Shown one piece after another: positions 50,677 to 60,140 of a stretch of DNA of 64,000 bases. The translations under genes and the position numbers were made by a program. Every line of letters starts with the position of its first letter. Position 1 is the stretch's first letter. The DNA lies in NCBI GenBank assembly GCA_016930235.1, contig JAFGHI010000038.1, positions 34,211-98,210 of the forward strand. The letters run 5' to 3'. The notes under the pieces were generated by a model, which was not told where the DNA came from, made no database searches, and saw only the letters and a list, made by a program, of their open reading frames with translations. The DNA is from Candidatus Omnitrophota bacterium (GTDB taxonomy: Bacteria; Omnitrophota; Omnitrophia; Omnitrophales; Aquincolibacteriaceae).

Positions 50677-52689
50677 TTAAATCTCACCTTCGTGAAACAA
50701 CTCCACTATCTTATCAACAATATAAGGATCAAACTGTGCCCCCTTCGATTTCCGCAACTCTTCGACCGCTTCGGATTTGGTTAAGGCCTCCCGGTAAGGG
50801 CGGTCCGTCGTCATCGCATCAAACGCATCGGCTACACGGATAATTCGTGCGAAAAAATGGATCTCCTCACCCTGCTGGTGAGACGGATAACCCGAACCGT
50901 CAAAGTTTTCATGATGATGCTCCACCCCAGCACAAATATCGTCATTCAGCCAGCCCCGCATCGGCTCCAGGATCTTCAAGCCATCCACGGTATGCCGCTT
51001 AACGATCTCCCATTCCTCTTCGCTCAACTTCGTTTGCTTATGCAGGATCCCATCAGGAACTCCGATCTTTCCCAAATCATGCAGCTGAGCCGCCCAATTC
51101 AGGTTAGCCACGCCATGACGAAAAAGGCGGAGTTCCTTCTCCAGCTTCTTGCCAATAAGCCCCGCATAATGAGCGACCCGGTTACTATGCCCGCACGTGT
51201 AGGGATCTTTGGCTTCAATCACCGTAATCAAGATATGCTGGCTTGCGACAATGAGCTCGATCTTCTCCTGCTTCAGCATGAAATCATGGATCGCTCGAGC
51301 CACGTTATTCGACAGCGACGAAAAAAGTTCCAGGTCCTCCTTATGGATCACCTCTTCGGGTTCCAACTTCTGACCGATATTCACAATCGCCAAAAGCTTC
51401 CCCTCACAAAAACATGGGATACTGATGCTTGCCCCTAAACGTTCCATGTCATCAATGATTTCAGCGGTAAAAGACCGGTCCTCAAAGTATCCTATTTGCG
51501 TATCCAGATAATATTTTAGCTCCTGACGAACCCGCAGATTCCTTTTCCGCAAGAGCTCCACGACAAGAGCGCTATCCATCGAAAACACTAAGCCTTTCGG
51601 GACCTTCTGTCTTGATTTCGAGCGTGTATGGCTAGCCATCAAAACAAATTCCTTATGGTGATGATCCAACACCATGATTCCGACGTAGTCTAATCTCACC
51701 CAACTGCTCAAATCCCGCACAAGATAAACCAGGAACTCATCAATATTTTTGACGGCCGCTATCCGTTCGGCGGTCTTTTTAAGGATGGGGCGATAATCTG
51801 CCCTCCTAGAGAACTCGAGGACCTCCATTTGCTTGACAAAATCAATGAGCCGGAACAACCCAATACCGAACATAAAAGCAATCGACACCGGAAAAAAAAT
51901 CCAATTTGCACCAAAGAGATTATAAAGATAGGGCTGGATATAATACGAAGTAATATGAATTCCAATCGCAGCCACCACGCATAAAGACGTAATGATTGAT
52001 GCCTTCCGGATAATAATATTGACCGTCAAAAGGCGGTACTGAACAATCGAATACGTCGTCCCCACCATCAGCAGAATCAAGAAAATAAATCCCATGGGAT
52101 AAGAAACAGACCCGCCGTAATTAGGGATATAATCGACCACCCCAAAACAACCGATACAAAAACAAAGCAGAATGAACCTTCGGCGACGGCGCTCAAAACC
52201 GGCTTTTTCAGATCGATACCCGATATAAAGATTTAAAAAAGCCAGAATCATGGGAATCAGCCAAAGAAATAAGAAAACCGTGTGCGGCACGCCGACAAGA
52301 ACATGCCAGCCCCAAGGCATCCGGCAATAGCCCGATATAAAACTTGGATGAAAGACAAGGATCAAAAGTAAAGTACAAAACAAGTAAACCAAAGGAACCC
52401 GGACCCTTTGTTTTTGTAAGTTCGTAAATTCAACGGAAAAATGATAGGTCGCCGCCGGGAGAAAAGCGACTCCGAGATAAAGCAAACGAATCGATAAATC
52501 CCGCAAAACCCTGTCTTCAAGAGCCCATGAAATGGCATTTCCAAATTGCCAAACCGTAATACAAAAAAAGAGCAGAGACACACTGCGATTGAGCGGGGCG
52601 ATTTTATTTTTCGACAGGACAAATAAACTCAGCGTTAAGGCGCATAAGCCTGCCAGAAAAGGCGGTAGGAGATAGAGAGTCAGGATCAA
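50677..52689 (-). CDS. Membrane-associated HD-GYP phosphodiesterase: an N-terminal multi-TM (7TM-receptor-like) domain, a GAF-like region and HD-GYP.
   Basis: There are about 7 N-terminal TM helices. The HD domain has HSNRVAHYA...HDLGKIGVPD, and the HHENFDGSGYP motif (GYP) is present. Confidence 0.75.
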   Translation of the reverse strand: MILTLYLLPPFLAGLCALTLSLFVLSKNKIAPLNRSVSLLFFCITVWQFGNAISWALEDRVLRDLSIRLLYLGVAFLPAATYHFSVEFTNLQKQRVRVPLVYLFCTLLLILVFHPSFISGYCRMPWGWHVLVGVPHTVFLFLWLIPMILAFLNLYIGYRSEKAGFERRRRRFILLCFCIGCFGVVDYIPNYGGSVSYPMGFIFLILLMVGTTYSIVQYRLLTVNIIIRKASIITSLCVVAAIGIHITSYYIQPYLYNLFGANWIFFPVSIAFMFGIGLFRLIDFVKQMEVLEFSRRADYRPILKKTAERIAAVKNIDEFLVYLVRDLSSWVRLDYVGIMVLDHHHKEFVLMASHTRSKSRQKVPKGLVFSMDSALVVELLRKRNLRVRQELKYYLDTQIGYFEDRSFTAEIIDDMERLGASISIPCFCEGKLLAIVNIGQKLEPEEVIHKEDLELFSSLSNNVARAIHDFMLKQEKIELIVASQHILITVIEAKDPYTCGHSNRVAHYAGLIGKKLEKELRLFRHGVANLNWAAQLHDLGKIGVPDGILHKQTKLSEEEWEIVKRHTVDGLKILEPMRGWLNDDICAGVEHHHENFDGSGYPSHQQGEEIHFFARIIRVADAFDAMTTDRPYREALTKSEAVEELRKSKGAQFDPYIVDKIVELFHEGEI

Positions 52690-52881
52690 AGGAGCAACCT
52701 CATTTCAACAATTCTTTTGTCTTATATTTTATCACTTCCGATACCTTTCCAAGTCCTCTTTCTTCATCTGCATCAGGTAGCTATAAATATCATCGGCCAT
52801 CGCTCGATTGCCCTCGACATTCGGATGAGGGTCATAACGGGCCGTCTGGTAAGGAATCGTATTCTCAATAAAACCAATGCC

Positions 52882-54099
52882 TTACTCGGCCAAGACAGAC
52901 CTCATCATCGGAATGTGGCTCAAATAATTCATCTTAGAAAGGCTGTCATCGCTGATCCGAAACCAATATCGGCCAAACTCATAAGACCCTAATTCCGATT
53001 TATTAAAAACAACCACATCCGATCCGATGGGATCCGCCTGTTTTTTGATTTCAGCAATCAACGCGAAATATAACCGCCACGGATAAGACCCGCGATCCGC
53101 TTCCTCGGGATAATACTCTTTCGGGTTCCAAAACTGATGAAACCATCTGTCTTCAACAATTCTTAAGACCGCCCGCCTGACTTCCCCGTCAAAACCCGAT
53201 GCGTCCATGATCCGATTTAGGTTATTCAAGGAAAGCTGTTCGTTGCGATGCTCATCCAAGTACTGATAAAGAGGCGAATCTTCCTTGAGATTGATCGTCA
53301 GCTTTAACTGTTCAAGCTGCTTGCGGTTTTTGACGCGATATTTTGTCTGTTGATCCGATGGCTCACGATATTGCAGATAAATATAAAAAGCATAAAAACG
53401 CTTCAGGACTTCCGAAGCATCTAGGATACTTTTCAAGCGGATTCTTAAGGCATCCGATCTCTTGCGAAAGTATGGATTCTCCCTTCGCTGCAACCTTCCT
53501 TCACCATCCAACTCATAGTAAAAAGGTTTCCACCCCTTCTTATTTGAGGCCCCATTATGAAAATAGGTATTGTCCCCAAGATCATTCATATTGAACTGCA
53601 CGATAACAAGATTCGGCCGGTACTTAATTCCTTCTCGCAGAAAGGCCTCCAGTTCCTGATCGGTCCCCCATTTTCCGTAGCCCATATTGATGACTTCAAC
53701 GTGATAGCCCTCGCGGATTAATTTATCTTCGAGAACACGTGTATAAACCTTTTTTGCCGGAACAATCACTCCGAAGGTGGAAGAATCTCCAAGGACAAGG
53801 ATCCGGTAAGCACCGCTCGCATTATGATAGGATCGGTCCAGGTCCCGCCAGCCACCCTGATTGGCACGATCGTTATAGACTTCACCCGTATCGGGATTTC
53901 TGACCCGTATCATTTCGTAAGGAGAATATCCCCAGCCGTACCTTTGTGCGTTCTTTGAATATCGATGTCCGATCGTCGCAACATGGTAAGTTCCGGTTAA
54001 TCTTAAAAAAACCTCGGCTAGAAGAAACAGCAGAATTAAACACACAAGGGTGGTGAAAAACAAAATGATATGAGGATGTCTCTTAAAAATGGATTTCAT
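52882..54099 (-). CDS. SGNH/GDSL-family hydrolase with an N-terminal TM anchor. As annotated it is truncated by an in-frame TAA.
   Basis: Block I ILVLGDSSTFG is present. The same frame continues past the TAA at 52882-52884 for 49 more codons to 52735 and encodes the SGNH block V (YDPHPNVEGNRAMADDIYSYL) that contains the catalytic Asp/His. Confidence 0.65.
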   Translation of the reverse strand: MKSIFKRHPHIILFFTTLVCLILLFLLAEVFLRLTGTYHVATIGHRYSKNAQRYGWGYSPYEMIRVRNPDTGEVYNDRANQGGWRDLDRSYHNASGAYRILVLGDSSTFGVIVPAKKVYTRVLEDKLIREGYHVEVINMGYGKWGTDQELEAFLREGIKYRPNLVIVQFNMNDLGDNTYFHNGASNKKGWKPFYYELDGEGRLQRRENPYFRKRSDALRIRLKSILDASEVLKRFYAFYIYLQYREPSDQQTKYRVKNRKQLEQLKLTINLKEDSPLYQYLDEHRNEQLSLNNLNRIMDASGFDGEVRRAVLRIVEDRWFHQFWNPKEYYPEEADRGSYPWRLYFALIAEIKKQADPIGSDVVVFNKSELGSYEFGRYWFRISDDSLSKMNYLSHIPMMRSVLAE

Positions 54100-54138
54100 G
54101 GGTTTTTGATGAAAATTTAACCGAGGTCCACACCAGGG

Positions 54139-54852
54139 CTAAAGCCCCAAAAAGGTCATGGCCCCGCCACAGGCAAAAATCGCAAAACCCGCGAGGGCAT
54201 GTGAAAACCGCTCAAGCCCCCCCATGGGTAATCTGGCCAGCCCTAATGATGAGGCAGCCACCAAAGTCATCATCGTCCCAATCGTCGCCAATGCGAAAAC
54301 TCCGGCAACCAGGGTCACAGGAAAAAGACTGCCGTTTGTCATCGCAGGATACATCAGAATAGGGATTAGGGGCTCACAAGGGCCAAAAACAAAGATCGTG
54401 AATAAAACCCACGGCGTAATACTCTTCGCCCCTTCATCATGAACATGGGCATGAGCTTGGGCATGAGCATGATTATGAGCGTGGGTTATTCCGTCATCGT
54501 GAATATGGAAATGCGTATGAGGACGATTACGAAGGGCCTGATGGATGCCCCAAACAAAATAGGTAAACCCGAAAATAAGAAGAAGCCACCCTGCCCACTC
54601 TCCGCGAACCGATTCGATGGCCTCAAGCCGAATAACAGCGACCCCCAGGACAATTCCAAGAAAACCGAGAATGACCGAACTGAGAATATGCCCCATCCCG
54701 CAAAGAAAAGTAATTATCATGGTTTTGGGAAATGCCCACTGCCGGGCTTTTGACATGGCAATAAAGGGCACATAATGATCCGGCCCAAATAGTGTATGGA
54801 CAAAACCTAGGGTGGCAGCTGTCATCATTAAAGCTATCATCTCACTCGACAT
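54139..54852 (-). CDS. NicO/RcnA-like nickel/cobalt transporter-family membrane protein with a His-rich loop.
   Basis: It has six TM segments, a GPDH motif in an early TM and a HIHDDGITHAHNHAHAQAHAHVHDEG loop. Confidence 0.55.
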   Translation of the reverse strand: MSSEMIALMMTAATLGFVHTLFGPDHYVPFIAMSKARQWAFPKTMIITFLCGMGHILSSVILGFLGIVLGVAVIRLEAIESVRGEWAGWLLLIFGFTYFVWGIHQALRNRPHTHFHIHDDGITHAHNHAHAQAHAHVHDEGAKSITPWVLFTIFVFGPCEPLIPILMYPAMTNGSLFPVTLVAGVFALATIGTMMTLVAASSLGLARLPMGGLERFSHALAGFAIFACGGAMTFLGL

Positions 54853-54901
54853 TTAATTCTCCCCAAATCTCTGCCTTCATTCACAATTATCGCTTTACCC
54901 G

Positions 54902-55711
54902 TTATGGTTTGGCAGCAGCAATTTTCATGCTGATGACGGTCGTGTTAATCGTACGGATCTCTTCTTGGCTAAGTTCTGAAACAAGGTCCGCAAGGACTTT
55001 GTCCGAACCAAGATAATCCGTCACCTGAACGGGTGTTTCTTCCATGACACGAATATCTTGAAATCCAGCTTTCGCAATGCATCCGATGTAATCATCTTTG
55101 AGCAAAGCCCCGCCAATACATCCGGCATACATGGCTTCCGAACTTCGAATGGCATCCGGTAAATGACGCAGCAAAACCATATCGGAAACCATTAACCGGC
55201 CGCCGGGCTTAAGGACCCGGAAAGATTCAAAAAAAACTTTTTGTTTATCCTCGGCTAAATTAATCACACAATTGCTGATGACACAATCGGCGAGATTATC
55301 CTCGAGCGGGATCTTTTCAATGTCTCCCAGCTTAAATTCAACATTCGAAAAACCTCCTTTTTGGGCATTTGCCGTTGCCTTTCGGACCATATCCTCAGTC
55401 ATATCAACGCCAATGGCCCTGCCTCGGGGCCCAACCTTTTTTGCGGCGAGAAAAACATCGATGCCGCCTCCCGCTCCCAAATCCACTACCACTTCGCCTT
55501 CCCGAAGCGATGCCAACGCGACCGGATTTCCGCAACCTAGCCCCATGTTGGCACCCGCCGGCAAATGAGCCAATTCATCCTGAGAATACCCCATCTCCAC
55601 TGAAATCGCGGAGCCCTTTTTCTTGTTTTGACAACTGCAGCAAGATTTCTCACCCCCCGTACTTTTTTCCCTAGCAATGTTCCCGTATATTTTTTTCACA
55701 ATCTCTTTCAT
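54902..55711 (-). CDS. arsM: Arsenite S-adenosylmethionine methyltransferase-like (ArsM/UbiE family).
   Basis: It has the motifs LGCGNPVALASL and VVDLGAGGGID, and paired cysteines (SCCSC) near the N-terminus. Confidence 0.65.
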   Translation of the reverse strand: MKEIVKKIYGNIAREKSTGGEKSCCSCQNKKKGSAISVEMGYSQDELAHLPAGANMGLGCGNPVALASLREGEVVVDLGAGGGIDVFLAAKKVGPRGRAIGVDMTEDMVRKATANAQKGGFSNVEFKLGDIEKIPLEDNLADCVISNCVINLAEDKQKVFFESFRVLKPGGRLMVSDMVLLRHLPDAIRSSEAMYAGCIGGALLKDDYIGCIAKAGFQDIRVMEETPVQVTDYLGSDKVLADLVSELSQEEIRTINTTVISMKIAAAKP

Positions 55712-55722
55712 TCATTTCTCCT

Positions 55723-56262
55723 TTATTTTCGGTCAAAAAATGGGCTCTTCGAGGTCGCGCTCAAAGGGATCCCGTACGCAATCTTCACGTCTTCACCCAG
55801 CCACTTCATATCCATCACAGCTTGCCCGACGGAATACATAATTCGATTATCCACGCGGTGATCCATAGCAACACTGACAGCCGAACCGATAGCAATGCCT
55901 AAGTCCCCTGTATTAAAAACGCACGGAATTTCAGGATGTTGGTTTTTGGTATCGCAATCTTTGAAACCGCACATCCCACATTTCTTCAGCCCGAGGGCCT
56001 TGATTTTAGATCCCAGCAGGATCATCACCGGCGCTTCAAGGATATTGGCCGCATCCCGCACAAATCCAGGAGCTCCAAGAGACTCCCCCATCTCCTTGAG
56101 CCTTTTGGCAATCGCCGTAATTTCATCCCCTTCGACAATCGCTAGGACCGTCATATCCTCGCCCCGGCCTTTGGGAGCGGTCCTTGCAGCCAAAAGCATC
56201 TTTTCGGCTACGTCTCTTAAGACATCCTTCGGATTCGGTTCAACCAATTTTATTTTTCTCAT
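55723..56262 (-). CDS. DUF2148-type ferredoxin-like-domain protein.
   Basis: It has a Cys-rich core CGMCGFKDCD and a typical length of 179 aa. Confidence 0.5.
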   Translation of the reverse strand: MRKIKLVEPNPKDVLRDVAEKMLLAARTAPKGRGEDMTVLAIVEGDEITAIAKRLKEMGESLGAPGFVRDAANILEAPVMILLGSKIKALGLKKCGMCGFKDCDTKNQHPEIPCVFNTGDLGIAIGSAVSVAMDHRVDNRIMYSVGQAVMDMKWLGEDVKIAYGIPLSATSKSPFFDRK

Positions 56263-56345
56263 CTTTCATCTCTCTCGTTCGCTGTGCGTAAGAAAACAAT
56301 CTCCTACGGCCTTTTTGTCTATATCATAAGCCTGTTCTGGTAACG

Positions 56346-56579
56346 CTAAGATAGTTGATCGAAGATTTTTTTACGAATATCCGGGGGCAATTTGGAGCTG
56401 TTCATCTTTTCTTTAAGCTGATCGCGCAATTCCTTTTCCATTTGAAAATGTTTCGCGCATTTTTGATATTCCTTAAGAAAGGCTTCCAGCTCCTCAGCTT
56501 TGGCGTTCGATAAGTCCCTGTCGAGATACTGGTGAAACAGTTTATGCACATCGCATTGGTCACAAGGTTTTTTGTCCAT
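56346..56579 (-). CDS. Small zf-HC2-like (anti-sigma-factor-type zinc finger) protein of 77 aa.
   Basis: It has the CDQCDVHKLFHQYLD...C.KH pattern and a helical C-terminus. Confidence 0.45.
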   Translation of the reverse strand: MDKKPCDQCDVHKLFHQYLDRDLSNAKAEELEAFLKEYQKCAKHFQMEKELRDQLKEKMNSSKLPPDIRKKIFDQLS

Positions 56580-56671
56580 GGGGATATGTTACCATTAAAG
56601 GAAAGATGACCGCAAGCCCCATAGCGCTCACATCCAATGAGAAGTCCTCAGGCTAAAAGACTCAAGGCAAT

Positions 56672-57274
56672 CTATTTTGACTTGAATGCCGCCACATGGA
56701 CAATTGTGCCCGCATGGTTCGATTGTTTAACTTGAGAATTGTGAGGAAGGATCTGGAGAGATTGATTCTTAAGGAGGGCCTTTTCCAAGGCCTCGAGCTC
56801 AGAGCGAAAAACATCCACGGTCTTCTCCCTCCTGCCGTCCGGGAGGATAATCTCATAGGGTCTACCTGTTTTATTGGAACGGACAGCCACCCGATTGACA
56901 AAATCATCAGCCGTGCGTATGGGCGAATTCCGGTATTGTTTATGCAACATCTTCCACCTCAGGAATTTGGCCGCCGAAGAGCCGTCATATTGGTTGCCGT
57001 TTCGAACAAATTTGGCCCCCGAAATCCGGGTTGAAGAAAGCAGGTAATCAATCTTATCCTGTTCGGTGAAACGGGTATGCCTCTTTAAAAACTGATCCAA
57101 CCGCTCTTGATGCCTACTGATATTATCCAGAAAAAGGGGCTGATAGTATCGGGCCCCGAAAGATGAACTGGATGAAGAGACTGGGGTTCTTTGTTTATTT
57201 TCCAGAGTCGAACACGCTGAAAAAATAATACTGAAGAAAAGACAATAGAATATAAACGGTATTTTAGACTTCAA
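56672..57274 (-). CDS. Lipoprotein of unknown function (DUF5329-like).
   Basis: It has a signal peptide with a lipobox (IIFSAC). Confidence 0.5.
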   Translation of the reverse strand: MKSKIPFIFYCLFFSIIFSACSTLENKQRTPVSSSSSSFGARYYQPLFLDNISRHQERLDQFLKRHTRFTEQDKIDYLLSSTRISGAKFVRNGNQYDGSSAAKFLRWKMLHKQYRNSPIRTADDFVNRVAVRSNKTGRPYEIILPDGRREKTVDVFRSELEALEKALLKNQSLQILPHNSQVKQSNHAGTIVHVAAFKSK

Positions 57275-57469
57275 CGGCTTTCTTAGCCTCGCTGCCCATA
57301 TAGTAGTATATCGACAATTCCCAAAGATCTGTAGAAATATATTTCCAAAAAGAGCTCACGCATCGAAGCCATGATGACGCTCTCTTATCCGGAAGAGATT
57401 TGCTTCGTGTCCAATCTATGTCGGTTTTTTTGGAAAAGACGGGAGCGTAATGTTCGGAGAAGCTGTATT

Positions 57470-58408
57470 TTATATCTTGTGACCGGATTGAACCCATTGG
57501 ACCGCATGGCGGATTAATTCCATATTGTCCTTAAGATTCAATTTCGACTTGATATTGGCCCGGTAGGTCTCCACCGTTTTAACGCTCAAATGCAGGTTCT
57601 TAGCTATCGCCGAGGTCGAAAGTCCCTCTCCAATCGATTGAAAAACCTCGATTTCCCGGTCGCTTAACGTGTTAATCGGGGATGTCTCTTCAAAGGATGC
57701 GCCGCTTTGCTTCTCAAGCATCTTTTCCGTCATGGTATTGCTGAGATAGATCTTCCCATCCAAAACCCGTCGAATGGCCGTCATAACATGCTCTCGTGCG
57801 GATTCCTTGGCGATATAACCCCGGGCACCGGCCCTGAGAACCCTCTCGGCAAATAGCGATTCATCATGCATCGAGAGCACCAAAATAGGGGTTCCGTCCC
57901 CTTGGGCCCTGAGCCACTTGATCAAATCCATGCCATGGCTGTCTTTCAGCGTTAAATCCAAAATAATCAAATCGGGACGAACCTTTTCAATATCCGCGAT
58001 GGCATGATCAACCTTCTCAGCAAAACCGCAAACCTCCAAATCTTTCTCACAATTGATAAATTGCGCCAACCCCTCTCGGTAGAGAGGATGATCATCGACA
58101 AGGTAAACCTTTTTTTTCTCATTGCCATTCGATTTCGCTTCTTTGCGAGCTGGCATATTACACCCCAGCGTTTGACGGATTTGCCCCCTGAAATCTTCCA
58201 AGGCATTGTCATCAGACGATTTTTGGTCCGACGGCTGTATTGTATCCACCTTTTGATCTCCTGCCAAGTTAAGATATTCGTTTCGAATGGGCTTCTTCTT
58301 CAAACTTCTCAGGAATGAGGCTGAATCTCCAAGGGCACATCCTGGCGAATCATCATCCACTGAATAATTGCGATCAAGTTCTCCTGGGAAATTGTTTTTC
58401 GAAGGCAC
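57470..58408 (-). CDS. NarL/FixJ-type response regulator (REC plus LuxR HTH).
   Basis: The REC domain shows VYLVDDHPLYREG...ILDLTL, and the HTH is LSDREIEVFQSIGEGLSTSAIAKNLHLSVKTVETYRANI. The 5' 100 nt overlap the upstream CheY gene, so the true start is probably the internal MPARKEAK at about 58156. Confidence 0.75.
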   Translation of the reverse strand: MPSKNNFPGELDRNYSVDDDSPGCALGDSASFLRSLKKKPIRNEYLNLAGDQKVDTIQPSDQKSSDDNALEDFRGQIRQTLGCNMPARKEAKSNGNEKKKVYLVDDHPLYREGLAQFINCEKDLEVCGFAEKVDHAIADIEKVRPDLIILDLTLKDSHGMDLIKWLRAQGDGTPILVLSMHDESLFAERVLRAGARGYIAKESAREHVMTAIRRVLDGKIYLSNTMTEKMLEKQSGASFEETSPINTLSDREIEVFQSIGEGLSTSAIAKNLHLSVKTVETYRANIKSKLNLKDNMELIRHAVQWVQSGHKI

Positions 58409-58704
58409 AATTCCGCTCCCCGGGCGAGGATTTCCCCTCGGATTTCCATATCGTCATAGCCGGTTAAAACAATAATCGGGGGTTTTTCAAACTGCTCCAG
58501 ATGATTTAAAAAATCAATCCCTGTCATATCCTGAAGGAAATAATCTAAGAGGACTACATTGATTGACAGGTCTTTCTGTTGGAGAAATTTGATGCCGGAT
58601 TTCCCTGAACCCGCTTCCAAAACGCTGTAACCTTTTTTAACAAGTACACGGCTCAGAACATCGCGGTACCACTCATCATCATCAACCAATAAAATAGTTT
58701 TCAT
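58309..58704 (-). CDS. Single-domain response regulator (CheY-like).
   Basis: Matches through ILLVDDDEWYRDVL...VLLDYFLQDMTG. Confidence 0.8.
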   Translation of the reverse strand: MKTILLVDDDEWYRDVLSRVLVKKGYSVLEAGSGKSGIKFLQQKDLSINVVLLDYFLQDMTGIDFLNHLEQFEKPPIIVLTGYDDMEIRGEILARGAELCLRKTISQENLIAIIQWMMIRQDVPLEIQPHS

Positions 58705-59990
58705 TACGCTACCCTCGAGACAGCAGAGTTGATCAATTTTTCATCGCCCTTTTCAAACGGCAGTTCCACCCGAAACTCGGCTCCTCCAGCTTCATGATTG
58801 CGGCAGGTAATCCTGCCGCCGCACTTCTCGACAATCCCCCGTGAAATCGACAAGCCGATTCCCGACCCTTCTGTTTTCTTCGTTGAAAAAAAGGGCTCGA
58901 ATAAACGCTCCTGGATTTCAGGAGGAATTCCCCTTCCGGAATCCCTGATCAGAACAACGGCCTTCTGCGCGTGAAGGATAACCCCAACATTGAGAGTGCC
59001 TTGGCCTTCCATGGCTTGCACTGCATTCCGGAATAAATTACGGAACACAATGATAAGCCCACAATCGAGAACGGATATGGGCCGGAGATAAAACGTCTTT
59101 TGGATTTGGACACCATTCGCAGACGCATCCGGAAAAACCAAACTCAGGCCTTCCTCAATCAGTTCATGTAATTCTCGAACCTTACGGACAGGCCTTGAAC
59201 CGTCCACGGCATACCGCAACAAACCCCGAATCACATGAATACTCCTGCGAATGCCTTCTTTTGCTTTTAAGAGATATTCCCGCGCAAGAGAATCTTCGGG
59301 GACTTGATCCAAAGCAAGATTCATGTAACGCCGAATAGCATCAAGAGGATTTCCCAATTCGTGCGCCAAATTGGCCGATAGCTTCCCCACATTGACATAA
59401 TGTTCCTGAGAGCATAATTCGCCCTCCAAGGCATGTATTTTTTTTTCAGATTTAAGATTTTTTTCTTCCACGCGCAGTCTTAATTTGAGATTCTCATACG
59501 CAACAGCAATCCACCGGCATATCATTTTTGAGCGACTGAAATCTTCTTCTGAAAAAGGTCCGAGATTCTTTTTCTCGGTGATATTCACGACACCTAAAAG
59601 TTTATTTCCCACCACAAGGGGAATGGCCATAAAAGAATCGGTCCGATAAACACCCGGCCTCTGGATATGCCGAACGCGTTCATCAAAGAGGCGGTCCTTC
59701 ACAAGAACCGACCTTCCCTCTTCACAGACCCACCCCAAAATCCCGCGCCGCAAGGGAACCCGAATATTCTGAAGACCGGAAAGATAAGGTCCGCGTGAAG
59801 ACACCAAAACCAAGGCTTTACTGGTTTCGTCCCAGATAAATAAAGATCCGGCATGGGCCCTGGCAACATGGAGAACGCTTTCTAGACCTTTTTGCACAAG
59901 TTGGACCGGCTCCTCAAAATCCCAGGAAGAAAAAAAAGATGGGTGAGACCGAATGGATGAAGAGCGAAATGCCTCTAACATTTTTCTCAT
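58704..59990 (-). CDS. GAF-domain sensor histidine kinase (HisKA plus HATPase_c).
   Basis: The H-box is HELGNPLDAI and the G-box is GSGIGLSISRGIVEKCGG. Confidence 0.75.
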   Translation of the reverse strand: MRKMLEAFRSSSIRSHPSFFSSWDFEEPVQLVQKGLESVLHVARAHAGSLFIWDETSKALVLVSSRGPYLSGLQNIRVPLRRGILGWVCEEGRSVLVKDRLFDERVRHIQRPGVYRTDSFMAIPLVVGNKLLGVVNITEKKNLGPFSEEDFSRSKMICRWIAVAYENLKLRLRVEEKNLKSEKKIHALEGELCSQEHYVNVGKLSANLAHELGNPLDAIRRYMNLALDQVPEDSLAREYLLKAKEGIRRSIHVIRGLLRYAVDGSRPVRKVRELHELIEEGLSLVFPDASANGVQIQKTFYLRPISVLDCGLIIVFRNLFRNAVQAMEGQGTLNVGVILHAQKAVVLIRDSGRGIPPEIQERLFEPFFSTKKTEGSGIGLSISRGIVEKCGGRITCRNHEAGGAEFRVELPFEKGDEKLINSAVSRVA

Positions 59991-60140
59991 CAGATGCCTC
60001 CGGCCTGCCGAGAAAATAGATTTTTGAAGGGGGTAAGATCATATAAAAAAGGAAGGCGGAGTGGCAATCAGGCAACTGCTTAAGAGCCCCTCCGATAAAC
60101 ACCTAATGGCTTATCAGATAAACCCTGAGTTTTTGGCTTT

